NCBI GenBank assembly: GCA_963731265.1
Contig: CAVSUE010000001.1
Coordinates: 704,001-768,000 of the forward strand
Reading direction: 5' to 3'
Length of the DNA stretch: 64,000 nucleotides
Source of the DNA: an uncultured Verrucomicrobiae bacterium
GTDB lineage: Bacteria > Chlamydiota > Chlamydiia > Chlamydiales > Rhabdochlamydiaceae
The notes below the pieces were generated by a model. The model did no database searches. It was not told the DNA's origin and was given only the letters and a program-made list of their open reading frames with translations. Positions 47,964 through 57,936 of this stretch are shown in pieces. Position 1 is the first letter of the stretch. Every line of letters starts with the position of its first letter. The position numbers and the translations under genes are program-made.

Positions 47964-47993
47964 ATCATAGCGGAGGAGAGGGGTGAAATGCAA
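47964..47993 (-). promoter_or_regulatory. Putative tRNA promoter
   Basis: TTGCAT-N18-TATGAT, 13 nt upstream of the tRNA. Confidence 0.6.
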
Positions 47994-48249
47994 GGGATTT
48001 GCGGTTAGCGGAAAGGAGGGGGGAAATAGCGGGAAGGAAAAAGTCAAGTAGCGGGGTGGTGAGAGCATTATGGCGAAGAAGATTTTCTGAATCGGGGGAG
48101 CCGGGGCCCCCCGATTGATGGGCCTGGCAATGCGTTTAAGCCCATGTAACAAAAGGGAGCCAAGTTAAAAGAGCCCATTAGAAAACTCAAGAGCCTTAGC
48201 TTTACGAAAAGAGATAACAAACAAAGCAGCTAGGATTACGGCCTTCATC

Positions 48250-48438
48250 CTATGGGTCTTTTTTGCGGCGGGGGGCCTTCTCGTTCTTTTGTCCTTCTTC
48301 GAAATAGTCCATGCCGGCATTTTTTGGTGGCCGTGGGCTCGGATGCTTGTCGGCGTCGGCGTTCGGATCTTTATCGGAGAAATAGTCTCTTTTTTCTTTT
48401 TTAGGTGGATGTTCAGGGCTCGGTTGACTTTTTTTCAT
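48250..48438 (-). CDS. Small hydrophilic hypothetical protein
   Basis: 62 aa, ATGA-coupled to the upstream gene. Confidence 0.5.
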   Translation of the reverse strand: MKKSQPSPEHPPKKEKRDYFSDKDPNADADKHPSPRPPKNAGMDYFEEGQKNEKAPRRKKDP

Positions 48439-48683
48439 TTTGCTTTTTTTCTAAGAGCTTTACGGGTTTTTTTGCGCACGACTTTTGCCAGTTTAGGTGC
48501 TTTTTTATGCATCATTTTTTCCACTCCGAAATGGCCTGTCTTGTCGTCCATTTCATGGAATTTTTTCATGAGACGTTTTTGGATTTTTTTCCCTTCCGCT
48601 GTGCTGAAAAGGAGGGTTGTCATCGCGCCGATCGTGCTGCCGATAAAGGCGCCGATCAGGAATTTGGTTGAACGTTTTTCCAT
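48435..48683 (-). CDS. YtxH domain protein
   Basis: FLIGAFIGSTIGAMTTLLF..EGKKIQ. Confidence 0.75.
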   Translation of the reverse strand: MEKRSTKFLIGAFIGSTIGAMTTLLFSTAEGKKIQKRLMKKFHEMDDKTGHFGVEKMMHKKAPKLAKVVRKKTRKALRKKAK

Positions 48684-48685
48684 AA

Positions 48686-48928
48686 TTATCTTCCTTTTTT
48701 TGTTGGATGTTGTTTTCTTGCTTTATTCCACAATTGGATGCCTTGTGACGTCCAATCGATAACTTTGGCGAGTTCATTTTCTCCCCTGTTGTGAGAGAGG
48801 GCTTTTCCGGCCCGGGTAAGGGTGTCGAGGAGCTGTTTGTTTTTGGAAAGGACAGCGGCAGCGACCCCGATCATGCTTCCTAGGAAAGCTCCTAGGAAAA
48901 AGTCTTTTGTGCCGTTATTTGTTTTCAT
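48686..48928 (-). CDS. YtxH-like protein
   Basis: DFFLGAFLGSMIGVAAAVL. Confidence 0.7.
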   Translation of the reverse strand: MKTNNGTKDFFLGAFLGSMIGVAAAVLSKNKQLLDTLTRAGKALSHNRGENELAKVIDWTSQGIQLWNKARKQHPTKKGR

Positions 48929-49248
48929 CGTTTGTTCTTTTTTAAATTGTTAAATAGGGAAATCCCTTCGGCGGCAAATTGGAGGATATCCGCGATCTTA
49001 TCGGATCGATGCGGCGTTTTCTTTTTATCGAGTTTCGCCAAGGGGCGGAAGAAGAAGTTCAGCGCTTCCAACTTTTCTTTGAGGTCCAGGGCGACCTCAT
49101 CAGCGGTCTTTACCAGATGGTCGACTTGGACGAGAGTGCGCTTCGTTTGCTTCAACGTGCCGAGCATCCTGTGCAGGGCGATGATGAGATAAACGACCAA
49201 GACGACAAAAGCAAGCGAAATGGCCCCAATGCAAAAATCAGTAAACAT
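48925..49248 (-). CDS. DUF948/YoxC-like protein
   Basis: N-terminal TM AISLAFVVLVVYLI, then coiled coil; precedes ytxH-like genes. Confidence 0.7.
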   Translation of the reverse strand: MFTDFCIGAISLAFVVLVVYLIIALHRMLGTLKQTKRTLVQVDHLVKTADEVALDLKEKLEALNFFFRPLAKLDKKKTPHRSDKIADILQFAAEGISLFNNLKKNKR

Positions 49249-49315
49249 GACTTGTTTCTATTTATAACTACCTTAATTGTATTTTGATGGTAGCTAATTA
49301 ATTTGTAAAGAGGAA

Positions 49316-50518
49316 TTACAGATTTATTATTTCGAGGAAATATTGATTCCAATCGGTCTTTTGATCGAGGAAGGTGTCGAGGAGCTGAAAGAGAAGGGCT
49401 CGGGTAAAGGGCGCAGATTCGGCGTTTGCCCCCACGAAAAAGCCCAGGTTAAGGGAGGGGACGATGGCGAGGACGCAGTTGATCCCGTCGATTTGTCCCG
49501 GGACTTGTACAATGCCGATTCCTCGGTAGTCGTGAATAAAACAGCCTAGGCCATAGGTGAGGAATTGGGCGTTCGGAAACAAGAGTTTACCTCCAATGGA
49601 CCGCCCTGTAAATTCTTCGTTTGTCGCGATGACTTGCGGAGTGAAGAGTTGGGTGAAAGTTGGTAAAGACAGGAGGGTTTTGGAGCGGTATGTCCCTTGA
49701 TGAAGAAGGAAGGATAGAAAGTGGGTCATGTCGTGTGCGGAAGAGCTGAGTCCTGCTGCGGCCGACCAAACATCAAGATTTTCAAAAGGCACTTGTTCGA
49801 AATGGTCGGTGTTCCAGACATTTGGGAAGACTTTGTTTGGGCAGTTTTGCAATGCCTGGAAGGAAGTGAGGGTCTCGTTCATTTCCAGTGGGGCGAGGAG
49901 ATGTTGTTGCAGAAAAGCCCTATAGGATGGTTTGAAAGCGATCTCAGCGAGAAGATAGAGCAAATTCTGGTAAGCGAAATGGCTGCGGAAGCCAAACGTT
50001 AATGGGAGGGAGGGGAGAACTTGATCGAGCAGCTCTTCACGAGTGATGGCTGGTTTGTCGTAGAGAAGATGGTTGACGGAGGGCCCAGGCAGGCCGCTAC
50101 GCATGGCAAGGCAATCGCGAAATGTCAGATGGGAGGCCGCATAAGGATCGGACAGTTTTATCGTGGGGTAGACATCCATGATGGCGTTATCCAAGGTGAT
50201 GGTCCCTTGATCATGTAGGATGCCGAATGCTGCGGCAGTGATGAGCTTGGTGATCGAAGCGATGGGGAAACGTGTGTGGCAGTCGATCGCATTGTTCAAG
50301 CCAATCTGCTTAACGCCATACCCCTCGCAAAGAAGAACTTTATCGCCTTGCACAACTGCAACAGCGCACCCTGGCACTTTCCAAAAAGCCAGCGTGTCAT
50401 TGGCGATTTTGTCCATCATTTGTTCCCCTTTGGAATCATCGGAAGCTACCTTTATACAACTGGAGAAAATGAGGTGCAAACCGTTGAAAGCGCTGATTAT
50501 TATGAGCTTGTTGAACAT
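49316..50518 (-). CDS. Serine hydrolase, beta-lactamase (AmpC-like) family
   Basis: VPGCAVAVV, IASITK (SxxK), YQN, YGLG. Confidence 0.88.
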   Translation of the reverse strand: MFNKLIIISAFNGLHLIFSSCIKVASDDSKGEQMMDKIANDTLAFWKVPGCAVAVVQGDKVLLCEGYGVKQIGLNNAIDCHTRFPIASITKLITAAAFGILHDQGTITLDNAIMDVYPTIKLSDPYAASHLTFRDCLAMRSGLPGPSVNHLLYDKPAITREELLDQVLPSLPLTFGFRSHFAYQNLLYLLAEIAFKPSYRAFLQQHLLAPLEMNETLTSFQALQNCPNKVFPNVWNTDHFEQVPFENLDVWSAAAGLSSSAHDMTHFLSFLLHQGTYRSKTLLSLPTFTQLFTPQVIATNEEFTGRSIGGKLLFPNAQFLTYGLGCFIHDYRGIGIVQVPGQIDGINCVLAIVPSLNLGFFVGANAESAPFTRALLFQLLDTFLDQKTDWNQYFLEIINL

Positions 50519-50672
50519 TGCAGTTTAAAGGATTATGGGGCTGAAGAAAAGAAAAAACCCCTTTCCGGGTCCGATGATCTGTTTCTTGTTTTTCATTGTT
50601 TGCCGTGAAAAGATGATGATGGATATTCAGTTTTAATACATACTCTCAATTAACTTACTTATTTTAAAGGGA

Positions 50673-50850
50673 CTAGTGCCCCGTTTCAAAAATTTTTGAG
50701 ATAATTTCTAGCGTGAAAGCTCGCTAGAATCGACGACCGCAGGCTTCGCAAGTTGATCCGTATTAATTCAATACGGATCAACTTGCGATCGTCGATTATA
50801 TCGGCTTTGACGCAGAAATTATTCCAAAAATTTTTGAAACGGGGCACTAG
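50673..50850. repeat. Palindromic MITE/RPE-like element
   Basis: Perfect 26-bp terminal IR CTAGTGCCCCGTTTCAAAAATTTTTG; central hairpin TCGCAAGTTGATCCGTATT-aattc-AATACGGATCAACTTGCGA. Confidence 0.88.
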
Positions 50851-50915
50851 GTTTTCTCAATTTTGAATTATGACAATAGGGATTTCCCTTTTTGGGCAAA
50901 ATGTAAAGAATTTTT

Positions 50916-52178
50916 TTGACCCATATACTTCCTCTTGTTTATACATGGCATATTGAGCTGAAGTCAAAGGAGCGGATTTTGCGGGGAATTTTTTTTCATT
51001 TTGCAGCGATGACGTCTTTGACGTGCTACTCGCTGCTATCCACGGAAAAGGAAGTCGCGTTGTTAATTCAAGACGAGGTGCTGACGCGTGCGGACAACCT
51101 ACCTATCGAGACCTTTGAGGAGGCTTCAGACACCTACCTAGAGGGCTACATCCAGGCTTTGATCGACGTGCACTATTACGAACATCAAGTGGCCGTGATC
51201 GTCAAAGACCACAGGGTGCTCCTCGCCAACTTGCCGCACAACGATCTGCTCGCCAAGAGTATTATCGCATTCGTCAAAGACCTGCCTGGGGTGACGACGG
51301 TCGAGGTGGTCGATGTTTCGAAGGAAGAGCTGGAGCAGCATAAGCTATACGTGGAACCGCCCCGGGTCGGAGGGATCTGGTTCCCGCAGTCCACGGTCTT
51401 GTTTGCACCTCTTGTGGCCGATCCGCGCCAACCCACGAATTCTGCAGCAGTTCGTTTTGGCGATAAGGTCTGCGGCGATATCTGCGCGGCTGTTTCTTTG
51501 GGCGACGACTTTCCGCTTTTTCGGTGGCTCGACGTTTTTCACTGGCAAGGCGATCTCCAGATCGGCATTGAGGCAGGGATTTGGGCGGTCTTCAACTTTA
51601 AGAGTATCCCGCATCGAAAAAGACACGAGACGTGTGAGCTTGTGAATGCTGACTTTTTGGTGGGGATTCCTCTGACTTATGCGGCAGACAGGTGGTCCTT
51701 CCGCCTGCGTGCGTATCACATTTCATCGCATCTCGGCGATGAGTTTTTGTGCAACCACCGCTACTGCAAGCACCGGAAGAATCCGAGCATGGAAGCCCTC
51801 GACTTCTTCACTTCGTATCAATTTTCGAGCCATTTGCGAGGCTATTTTGGCCCGGGAGTGGTTTTCCATAGCGACCCTTCGTTTAAGATTAAGCCACTCT
51901 ATGTGGAGTATGGGGCTGAACTGAGGATCTTGGGATCGAAGTTTATATACCAAAGGGTCTATGGGACCCCCTTTTTTGCTCTGCATATCGAGAATTGGCA
52001 GCAGCGGGGCTGGGACTTTGATTTCACTGCTAAATTGGGGTATGAGATCAGCAAACTTCAAGGCATCGGCCGAAAAATGCGGGTCTACGTCGATTATCAC
52101 CATGGCTTTTCATACGAAGGGCAATTCTTCAACAAACGCACCCAATACGGCGAATTCGGCTTTTCCTGGGGATTTTAA
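50916..52178 (+). CDS. DUF1207 domain protein (chlamydial outer membrane candidate); true start probably downstream
   Basis: YLEGYIQAL, LFAPLVADPRQ, YHISSHLGDEF, YHHGFSYEGQF, terminal F. Confidence 0.8.
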   Translation: MTHILPLVYTWHIELKSKERILRGIFFHFAAMTSLTCYSLLSTEKEVALLIQDEVLTRADNLPIETFEEASDTYLEGYIQALIDVHYYEHQVAVIVKDHRVLLANLPHNDLLAKSIIAFVKDLPGVTTVEVVDVSKEELEQHKLYVEPPRVGGIWFPQSTVLFAPLVADPRQPTNSAAVRFGDKVCGDICAAVSLGDDFPLFRWLDVFHWQGDLQIGIEAGIWAVFNFKSIPHRKRHETCELVNADFLVGIPLTYAADRWSFRLRAYHISSHLGDEFLCNHRYCKHRKNPSMEALDFFTSYQFSSHLRGYFGPGVVFHSDPSFKIKPLYVEYGAELRILGSKFIYQRVYGTPFFALHIENWQQRGWDFDFTAKLGYEISKLQGIGRKMRVYVDYHHGFSYEGQFFNKRTQYGEFGFSWGF

Positions 52179-52258
52179 TTATTTAAATAAGTTTTACTAA
52201 TTTTATTTAATTAAAAGTTGTGTTATTCTTTTAATTATAATTAAAAATTGGTGAAAAC

Positions 52259-53821
52259 ATGTCAGTAACTACATCATATAAGACTGTCGATGTCGCTGCT
52301 TTATCAGCGGATATCATCGATCTGTCCTCAAAGATTGGAAAAATGGAAGGACGGGCCGAAGCAGCCCATTTTCTTCCATCGCCCGTCGCGTCAAGAATTG
52401 ATGCAGGGGAAATTAAGTTGGACGATTTCCTCGATGATGCACGGACGCTAAGGAGCATGCGTGTAGATTTAGATAACATGTATAGGCATTTTCAGGTGAT
52501 CGCAGCCGATTGTTCTTCCATCCAAAATGACGAGATTCGCTCCATTTTTGAAACCCAGATCAAGTCTTTGCATGAAAAACGGGGGCTTTTAGAATCGGGG
52601 CTGCGGGGTTTTGATAATCTATTGAAAGCGCATTGTGATCTGGCTCGCGCGGGGGATGAAATCGAGAACGAAGCTGAAGCGATCGAAACTTATGCAAAGG
52701 GAGAATTAGAGATCGATAGAGCCCCGGACATCATCGAGCGTTTGAGTCAGCTACGGGCCCGGGTGAATTTTATTCCTCCCTTGTTTAAACGGGATGGGGA
52801 TGAATACTGCCAAACACATTTCGACAGAAAAAAAGTACTCTTTAAAGACATCAATGACTTAAATCTGATAATTAGTATGAAAGAGAAAAGCCGGCGCAGT
52901 GAAGTGAAAAACCGCGTAGCGCAGATCCTGAAAGATTTGACGTCGTTGCAGGGAACAAAGTTGGAATGGCAAACGAAAGTGCAAGTGAGAAAGAACATAT
53001 CGGAGGCTTTTTTGTGGCTCCCAAAACGTTTAAGAGCCTCTGTGGATGAGAGTACTCTTTCAAGCAATCCTGTTACCGTTAAGAGGTCCCTGGAAGAAGC
53101 ATTGAAGAAATTTCCCGCCTACTTGCCTGAAGGCGTTGAGCTGCCTGCAGAAAAGCCGGTCGCAAGTTTAGAAGAACGTTTACACATAGAACCGGTAAAG
53201 CGGGAACAAACGGTGCAAGCTGGCTTGGCATTAGACAAGTCGAACGGGGCCCGCTCCGTTGAGTTAGCTGAGGAAATGCCAGTCAGAACTTTAGAAGAAT
53301 TGAAGGGACGGATTCAGAAAATCCTCACACAAGGGATTAAACCGGAAGAGCGGGAAAAATTGGCGCAAGGTGCTTTGGAATCCGTGGAAAAAAATGGCTT
53401 TGCATTAGACAGGCCTAACGGGGTCTATTATTTTGTCTGGAAGCTTGCTCATGAAAAGAATCCAAGCGCAGGGGGAGACAATTTCGGCAGGGTCCAGGCG
53501 CCCAAAGATCTTCACCGTCTGGTGGAAGCCATCGATCGATCGATTAACATACCCATCACCTCATTGCAGGAATTAAGACAGCGCGTTACCGAAATCCACC
53601 ACGCCTCGGTTTCTGCTGAACAAAGAGAAAATCTTTGCGCTGCCCTTCTGGCCTCTGCAGAAAAAAATGGGATAAAATTGGATAAGCCCAATGGTGTTTA
53701 TTATTGGGTCTGGTTCTTCTCCCATCAGAAAGACCCACGCGCCGGCGGCGATAATTTTGGCAAGATCCATGCCCCTAAAAATCCGGCTCTTTTGCTTCAG
53801 GCAATTGATAAAGCTAGTTAA
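52259..53821 (+). CDS. Hypothetical helical protein with two ~90-aa C-terminal repeats (effector candidate)
   Basis: Repeat NGVYY(F/W)VW..(A/S)H.K.P.AGGDNFG occurs twice. Confidence 0.7.
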   Translation: MSVTTSYKTVDVAALSADIIDLSSKIGKMEGRAEAAHFLPSPVASRIDAGEIKLDDFLDDARTLRSMRVDLDNMYRHFQVIAADCSSIQNDEIRSIFETQIKSLHEKRGLLESGLRGFDNLLKAHCDLARAGDEIENEAEAIETYAKGELEIDRAPDIIERLSQLRARVNFIPPLFKRDGDEYCQTHFDRKKVLFKDINDLNLIISMKEKSRRSEVKNRVAQILKDLTSLQGTKLEWQTKVQVRKNISEAFLWLPKRLRASVDESTLSSNPVTVKRSLEEALKKFPAYLPEGVELPAEKPVASLEERLHIEPVKREQTVQAGLALDKSNGARSVELAEEMPVRTLEELKGRIQKILTQGIKPEEREKLAQGALESVEKNGFALDRPNGVYYFVWKLAHEKNPSAGGDNFGRVQAPKDLHRLVEAIDRSINIPITSLQELRQRVTEIHHASVSAEQRENLCAALLASAEKNGIKLDKPNGVYYWVWFFSHQKDPRAGGDNFGKIHAPKNPALLLQAIDKAS

Positions 53822-55934
53822 TTGTTACAAACCCATCGTTATTTGGCGGGAAATGGGGGCCGATGGAAAGGCTATTGGAGAAAAACTGACGGTAGACTTT
53901 CAACCCTTGTTCTGCGTTGTTCACGCAATAAAAGCAGTTGCTAACCCATTGTGAACCGGTGATTGTCCCTGCTTTTAAATTGCACTGGTAGCGATGGGTG
54001 ATCTTTTGGCGCCAATAATCGGGATTTCCGAAGAGGAGGACGGGGGTGGGGTCCATGGAACCGACCTTGCGGCGCACTTCTTCGAGGCAATATTCAAAAT
54101 CGGTGCCATATCCGCCGGTCAGGATGATTGGAAAGTCGAGGTTGAATTCTGCTTGGCGTTCGACGAGTTTGTCTAGGCGGAAGGTCATTTTGGCTTCGAT
54201 GTAAGGGTTCTGGTTTTGTTCCTTGATGTTCAGGTTGTTGCTGTTGCGGAAATCGACGATATTGGCGCAGGAAAGGATGCCGACCCGTTTAGCGACGCGA
54301 TTGCCCACCTCCATGAGGCCGGGGCCGCCTCCTGTGACAAGAGCGATGGGAGTCTGCGAATTGAGAAGGCGGTGTTCGAATTGGGAGCGCATGTCGATAA
54401 TTCCGCGCAACAGCGTGGTCAACTCTTCTTCGAAATTCCCATGCAGAAGTGTCGATCCATAAATCCCGAAGGCGGTTGCTTTCACGAATGTATCGATCAA
54501 GCGTTCGGGGACGAACATGCCAGAATCTTTGTTTGGTTTGGGAATGTATTGCAAGACATTCCCGGACGTGTTGTCCACCCAATGGACAGGGATGCCAAAC
54601 TTAGCAAGATCGAGGAGCAGCGACCGGTCTTCGTGGGAAAAGAAGTTGCCGTAAGCAAGGGAAGGGTATTGAAAATAGACCCCTTTCAAACATCGCTGGA
54701 CAAGGTCGCTGAGAAGCAATCTTTTCATCAGCGGCGAAGGAAAATATCTCGAAAGGAGAATGCCTTGAGAGGTGATCAATCCATCTTCAATCGCTTTCAG
54801 GAAAGGATAGTCGGCCTGTTGTTCAATATAGTGTTGGACGAGTAGAGCTTGCTGAGCGGGGTAGAACAGCCCGGGAAATTCGCTCATGTGGGTTTCGCGG
54901 GTGATCCAGTGTTGGGGTTGAAGATTTAAGAGCTGTTCCCCTTTGACGACGAATACGGCGGCTCGGTTCGAGACCGGCTCCGGCGCGGTCTGAAAAGCTT
55001 TAAAGAGGGTTTGGGGATTTTCCAAGCTGCTATGTAGCTGGTCGCGGTCAGCAAAAAATACGTGCTCCCGATGGGGCTCCAAGGTAAAGAACTCCACCGG
55101 GACGACTTCGAGCTCCTCATCGGAAGAACCATAGAGTTCGTAAACGTCTCCCGAGGCTTTGGTATCCGGTTCAAGGACATTTGCTGTGGTATGGTTGATC
55201 CCCTGCGGTAGGAGGGTATCGACAACTTTCCCATAGGCTGTGCGGATGTGAAGGGGCGCGGTGCGGACGAGAAGGATTTCCCCTTTCGCGACTTGCCGTT
55301 TTGCGAGGGGAAGCCAATTCTGATCGAGCTGGATCAAGGTGCGCAGATGGAAATGCGTATGCGTCAAAGCTTTTCCTATCGTAGGAAGAAGGCCAAAAAT
55401 CGCATCTTCATCATAGACGAGCACTCCTTCTTGAAGATGGAGGAAGGCAATCGTTCTTCCATCGACTTTCTCCAATAAAAGTTCGTCCCGCCCTTTCGGC
55501 CCCCCTAAAGAAAGCAGGGGACGGCCTTGACGGTCTGTGCGCCCGAACATTCTGAGAAGATACTCGGGATCGCGTACTTTGCGGCGGGGATCAGCAGCGA
55601 AGAGCTTACCTATATGCGCTCCCTCCGTGAGATGATCTAGCAACGCTGTCCCCACTTTTCCATACGCTTGCACCCGGACGCGCACTTTTGCCGTCAGGTT
55701 TTTTTTATCCAATTCATAGTCTTGGGGAATGCCGTTGAGCCCGAGCTGCGCCAAAGTGCTCTTTAAATTGAAGGAAATGTGTTCTTGCTCGATCTGAAAA
55801 CCGACAAAAGCAGGAGAAATATTTTGAATGTGCAGCGATGCTTCCAGCTCAGTGGGGCTGTAGCGCTTCAAAGAAGTGAGCACGCCGTCGGGAGTGACAA
55901 GGTCAAAATGGGCAGGGAAAAGGTAGCTCTCCAT
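53814..55934 (-). CDS. Conserved chlamydial protein with C-terminal LOG-family domain
   Basis: SFNLKSTLAQLG, TGGGPGLM, LVERQAEF, GGYGTDFE. Confidence 0.82.
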   Translation of the reverse strand: MESYLFPAHFDLVTPDGVLTSLKRYSPTELEASLHIQNISPAFVGFQIEQEHISFNLKSTLAQLGLNGIPQDYELDKKNLTAKVRVRVQAYGKVGTALLDHLTEGAHIGKLFAADPRRKVRDPEYLLRMFGRTDRQGRPLLSLGGPKGRDELLLEKVDGRTIAFLHLQEGVLVYDEDAIFGLLPTIGKALTHTHFHLRTLIQLDQNWLPLAKRQVAKGEILLVRTAPLHIRTAYGKVVDTLLPQGINHTTANVLEPDTKASGDVYELYGSSDEELEVVPVEFFTLEPHREHVFFADRDQLHSSLENPQTLFKAFQTAPEPVSNRAAVFVVKGEQLLNLQPQHWITRETHMSEFPGLFYPAQQALLVQHYIEQQADYPFLKAIEDGLITSQGILLSRYFPSPLMKRLLLSDLVQRCLKGVYFQYPSLAYGNFFSHEDRSLLLDLAKFGIPVHWVDNTSGNVLQYIPKPNKDSGMFVPERLIDTFVKATAFGIYGSTLLHGNFEEELTTLLRGIIDMRSQFEHRLLNSQTPIALVTGGGPGLMEVGNRVAKRVGILSCANIVDFRNSNNLNIKEQNQNPYIEAKMTFRLDKLVERQAEFNLDFPIILTGGYGTDFEYCLEEVRRKVGSMDPTPVLLFGNPDYWRQKITHRYQCNLKAGTITGSQWVSNCFYCVNNAEQGLKVYRQFFSNSLSIGPHFPPNNDGFVTIN

Positions 55935-55943
55935 AGAGGTGTA

Positions 55944-56630
55944 TTAACTCGTCAGTAAATGCGTTAAGGTTTGAAGCGCTGTTTCGAATCGACTTAGAGT
56001 TTGAGGAGTGGCAAGCTCGGTGTCTTGGATGAAGGTACGATACGTTGCTTTAATGTGTTCGAGAGCTTCCGTGTGCTGTGAGGGAAAGACCCCCCGCGAA
56101 GAAAGATGCTCCAGTTCTTTCATCGGAGGCTGCATCTCGTCAATGATCTGCCCAGATTCTTTGGATTTTATTTTCAGATGTTTGTCCAAAGCCTCTGAAA
56201 GCGCGGACAAATAATTTAAGGCTTGCAATACGGCAGTATTCGGTTCAGGGATTCCCGCAGTTTCTGCTGCAAACATTTGCCCCAGTGTGCGGGAGCTTCC
56301 TTGAATCGCGGCAGCGCTTGTGGGAGAAACTGTCTGGGTTAACTCATACTGTGAATACAGTGTGCCGACCACATCGATTTCATTTTGCGACATGACCGGA
56401 GGCCGTCTGCCCGCCAATTGCACAAGATCCTGGATGGGTTGTTGTATTTTTGTGAGCAAGCTGTCGATGTGGTCAGGGGAGTCATGCGCTGCCAAAGCTG
56501 TTTGAAGGGAACCGGTATGCTCTTCAATCGAGGCAAGGGCATGCTGAACGCGTTCGCGGACCGGTCCGCCCCCGGGCAGGTCTGAAGGTTGGCCGGTGGG
56601 TTGAATGGGAGAAATGCTCATGCGTACCAC
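55944..56630 (-). CDS. Hypothetical protein
   Basis: 228 aa ORF; MSISPIQP Ser/Pro-rich N-terminus; two loosely similar helical halves. Confidence 0.6.
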   Translation of the reverse strand: MVRMSISPIQPTGQPSDLPGGGPVRERVQHALASIEEHTGSLQTALAAHDSPDHIDSLLTKIQQPIQDLVQLAGRRPPVMSQNEIDVVGTLYSQYELTQTVSPTSAAAIQGSSRTLGQMFAAETAGIPEPNTAVLQALNYLSALSEALDKHLKIKSKESGQIIDEMQPPMKELEHLSSRGVFPSQHTEALEHIKATYRTFIQDTELATPQTLSRFETALQTLTHLLTS

Positions 56631-56730
56631 CTGTTTCTCGTACTGTAAACATATTTTTTAAATCGGTCAATTGTTGAGCATTATTTTTTCCGAGAGTACA
56701 ATGGTTATTTATCCCGGAACAGGCAGCTTT

Positions 56731-57618
56731 ATGAAAATGCGCAGCATTGGAACTCATGATGGTTCTTTTCATGCCGATGAGGTGACTGCATGTGCTCTTT
56801 TATCGGTATTTGGGCAGATTGACATAGATAAAATTGTGCGCACGCGCGATTTGAAAATTCTCTCGCAGTGCGAATATGTTTGCGATGTCGGGGGAGTCTA
56901 TGATCCCCAGCAGAAGCGGTTTGACCACCATCAATCGGAATACACCGGAGATTTTAGCAGCGCGGGCATGGTCTGGCTCTACTTAAAAGAGAAAGGGATT
57001 GTCGATGAAGCGACATACGATTTTTTTAACCGGTCGTTGATTCTGGGAGTGGATGCCCATGACAATGGGCGTGCGGCATCAGAGGTGGGGACCTGCACGT
57101 TTTCGCATGTGATCACGAATTTTGTTCCTGCGGCCTATGACGCCCCGCAAGAAGAGCAGACGAAAGCTTTTTTTGAAGCGTTGGCATTTGTCGAAGGGCA
57201 TTTAGAGCGGTTACTGGACCGTTTTCAATACATCCATGCGTGCAGAGAAAAAGTCGCAGAAAGCATGAGAAAAAAGGAGAAATATCTCCTTTTCGAAGAG
57301 GCGATGCCGTGGATGGATTGTTTTTTCGATATGGGAGGGGAAACGCACCCCGCTCTTTTCGTCGTGATGCCATCCAGCGGGCATTGGAAGCTGCGTGGGA
57401 TTCCACCGACATTGGAAGAGAGAATGAAAGTGCGTATGCCGCTGCCTCAGGAATGGGCAGGCCTTCTGGATGAAGATCTAAAGCGGGCCTCAGGGATTCC
57501 CGGTGCGATCTTCTGCCATAAAGGGCGTTTCATCTCTGTCTGGGAAACGAAAGACGATGTGCTCAAAGCATTAGAATATGTCTTAAATAGGATCGGTTAT
57601 GACAACAGTATTCGGTAA
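56731..57618 (+). CDS. MYG1 family protein
   Basis: GTHDGSFHADE, RTRD, DVGG.YD, FDHHQ, SSAG, FCHKGRF. Confidence 0.93.
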   Translation: MKMRSIGTHDGSFHADEVTACALLSVFGQIDIDKIVRTRDLKILSQCEYVCDVGGVYDPQQKRFDHHQSEYTGDFSSAGMVWLYLKEKGIVDEATYDFFNRSLILGVDAHDNGRAASEVGTCTFSHVITNFVPAAYDAPQEEQTKAFFEALAFVEGHLERLLDRFQYIHACREKVAESMRKKEKYLLFEEAMPWMDCFFDMGGETHPALFVVMPSSGHWKLRGIPPTLEERMKVRMPLPQEWAGLLDEDLKRASGIPGAIFCHKGRFISVWETKDDVLKALEYVLNRIGYDNSIR

Positions 57619-57934
57619 AATCATTAAAGGAGAGTTGCCTTGCAAGAAAGTCTTCGAGAACGAGCGGATTTTGGCCATCGAGGATATTGCTCCCGTCGCT
57701 CCCGTGCATATCCTCATCATGCCCAAAAAAGAAATTCCCAGTTTACAAGCGATTGAGGCCGAAGATCTGCCGCTGATCGCCGAGATGGTGGAGGTCGCGC
57801 AAAAGCTCGCCGAAGAATACAACATCGCAGATGGGTATCGTTTTTTGACAAATAACGGCCATGAAGGAGGGCAGATCATTTTCCATCTCCATTTTCATCT
57901 GATCGGCGGGCGCAGGCTCGGCCACCTCGGATAA
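57599..57934 (+). CDS. Histidine triad (HIT) nucleotide-binding protein
   Basis: FGKII.GE.P, DIAP.APVHIL, HLHFHLIGG. Confidence 0.95.
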   Translation: MTTVFGKIIKGELPCKKVFENERILAIEDIAPVAPVHILIMPKKEIPSLQAIEAEDLPLIAEMVEVAQKLAEEYNIADGYRFLTNNGHEGGQIIFHLHFHLIGGRRLGHLG

Positions 57935-57936
57935 GT

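Noticed and set aside
49316..50518. Antibiotic-resistance beta-lactamase
   Set aside because: SxxK and YxN only place it in the broad serine hydrolase family; substrate cannot be inferred.
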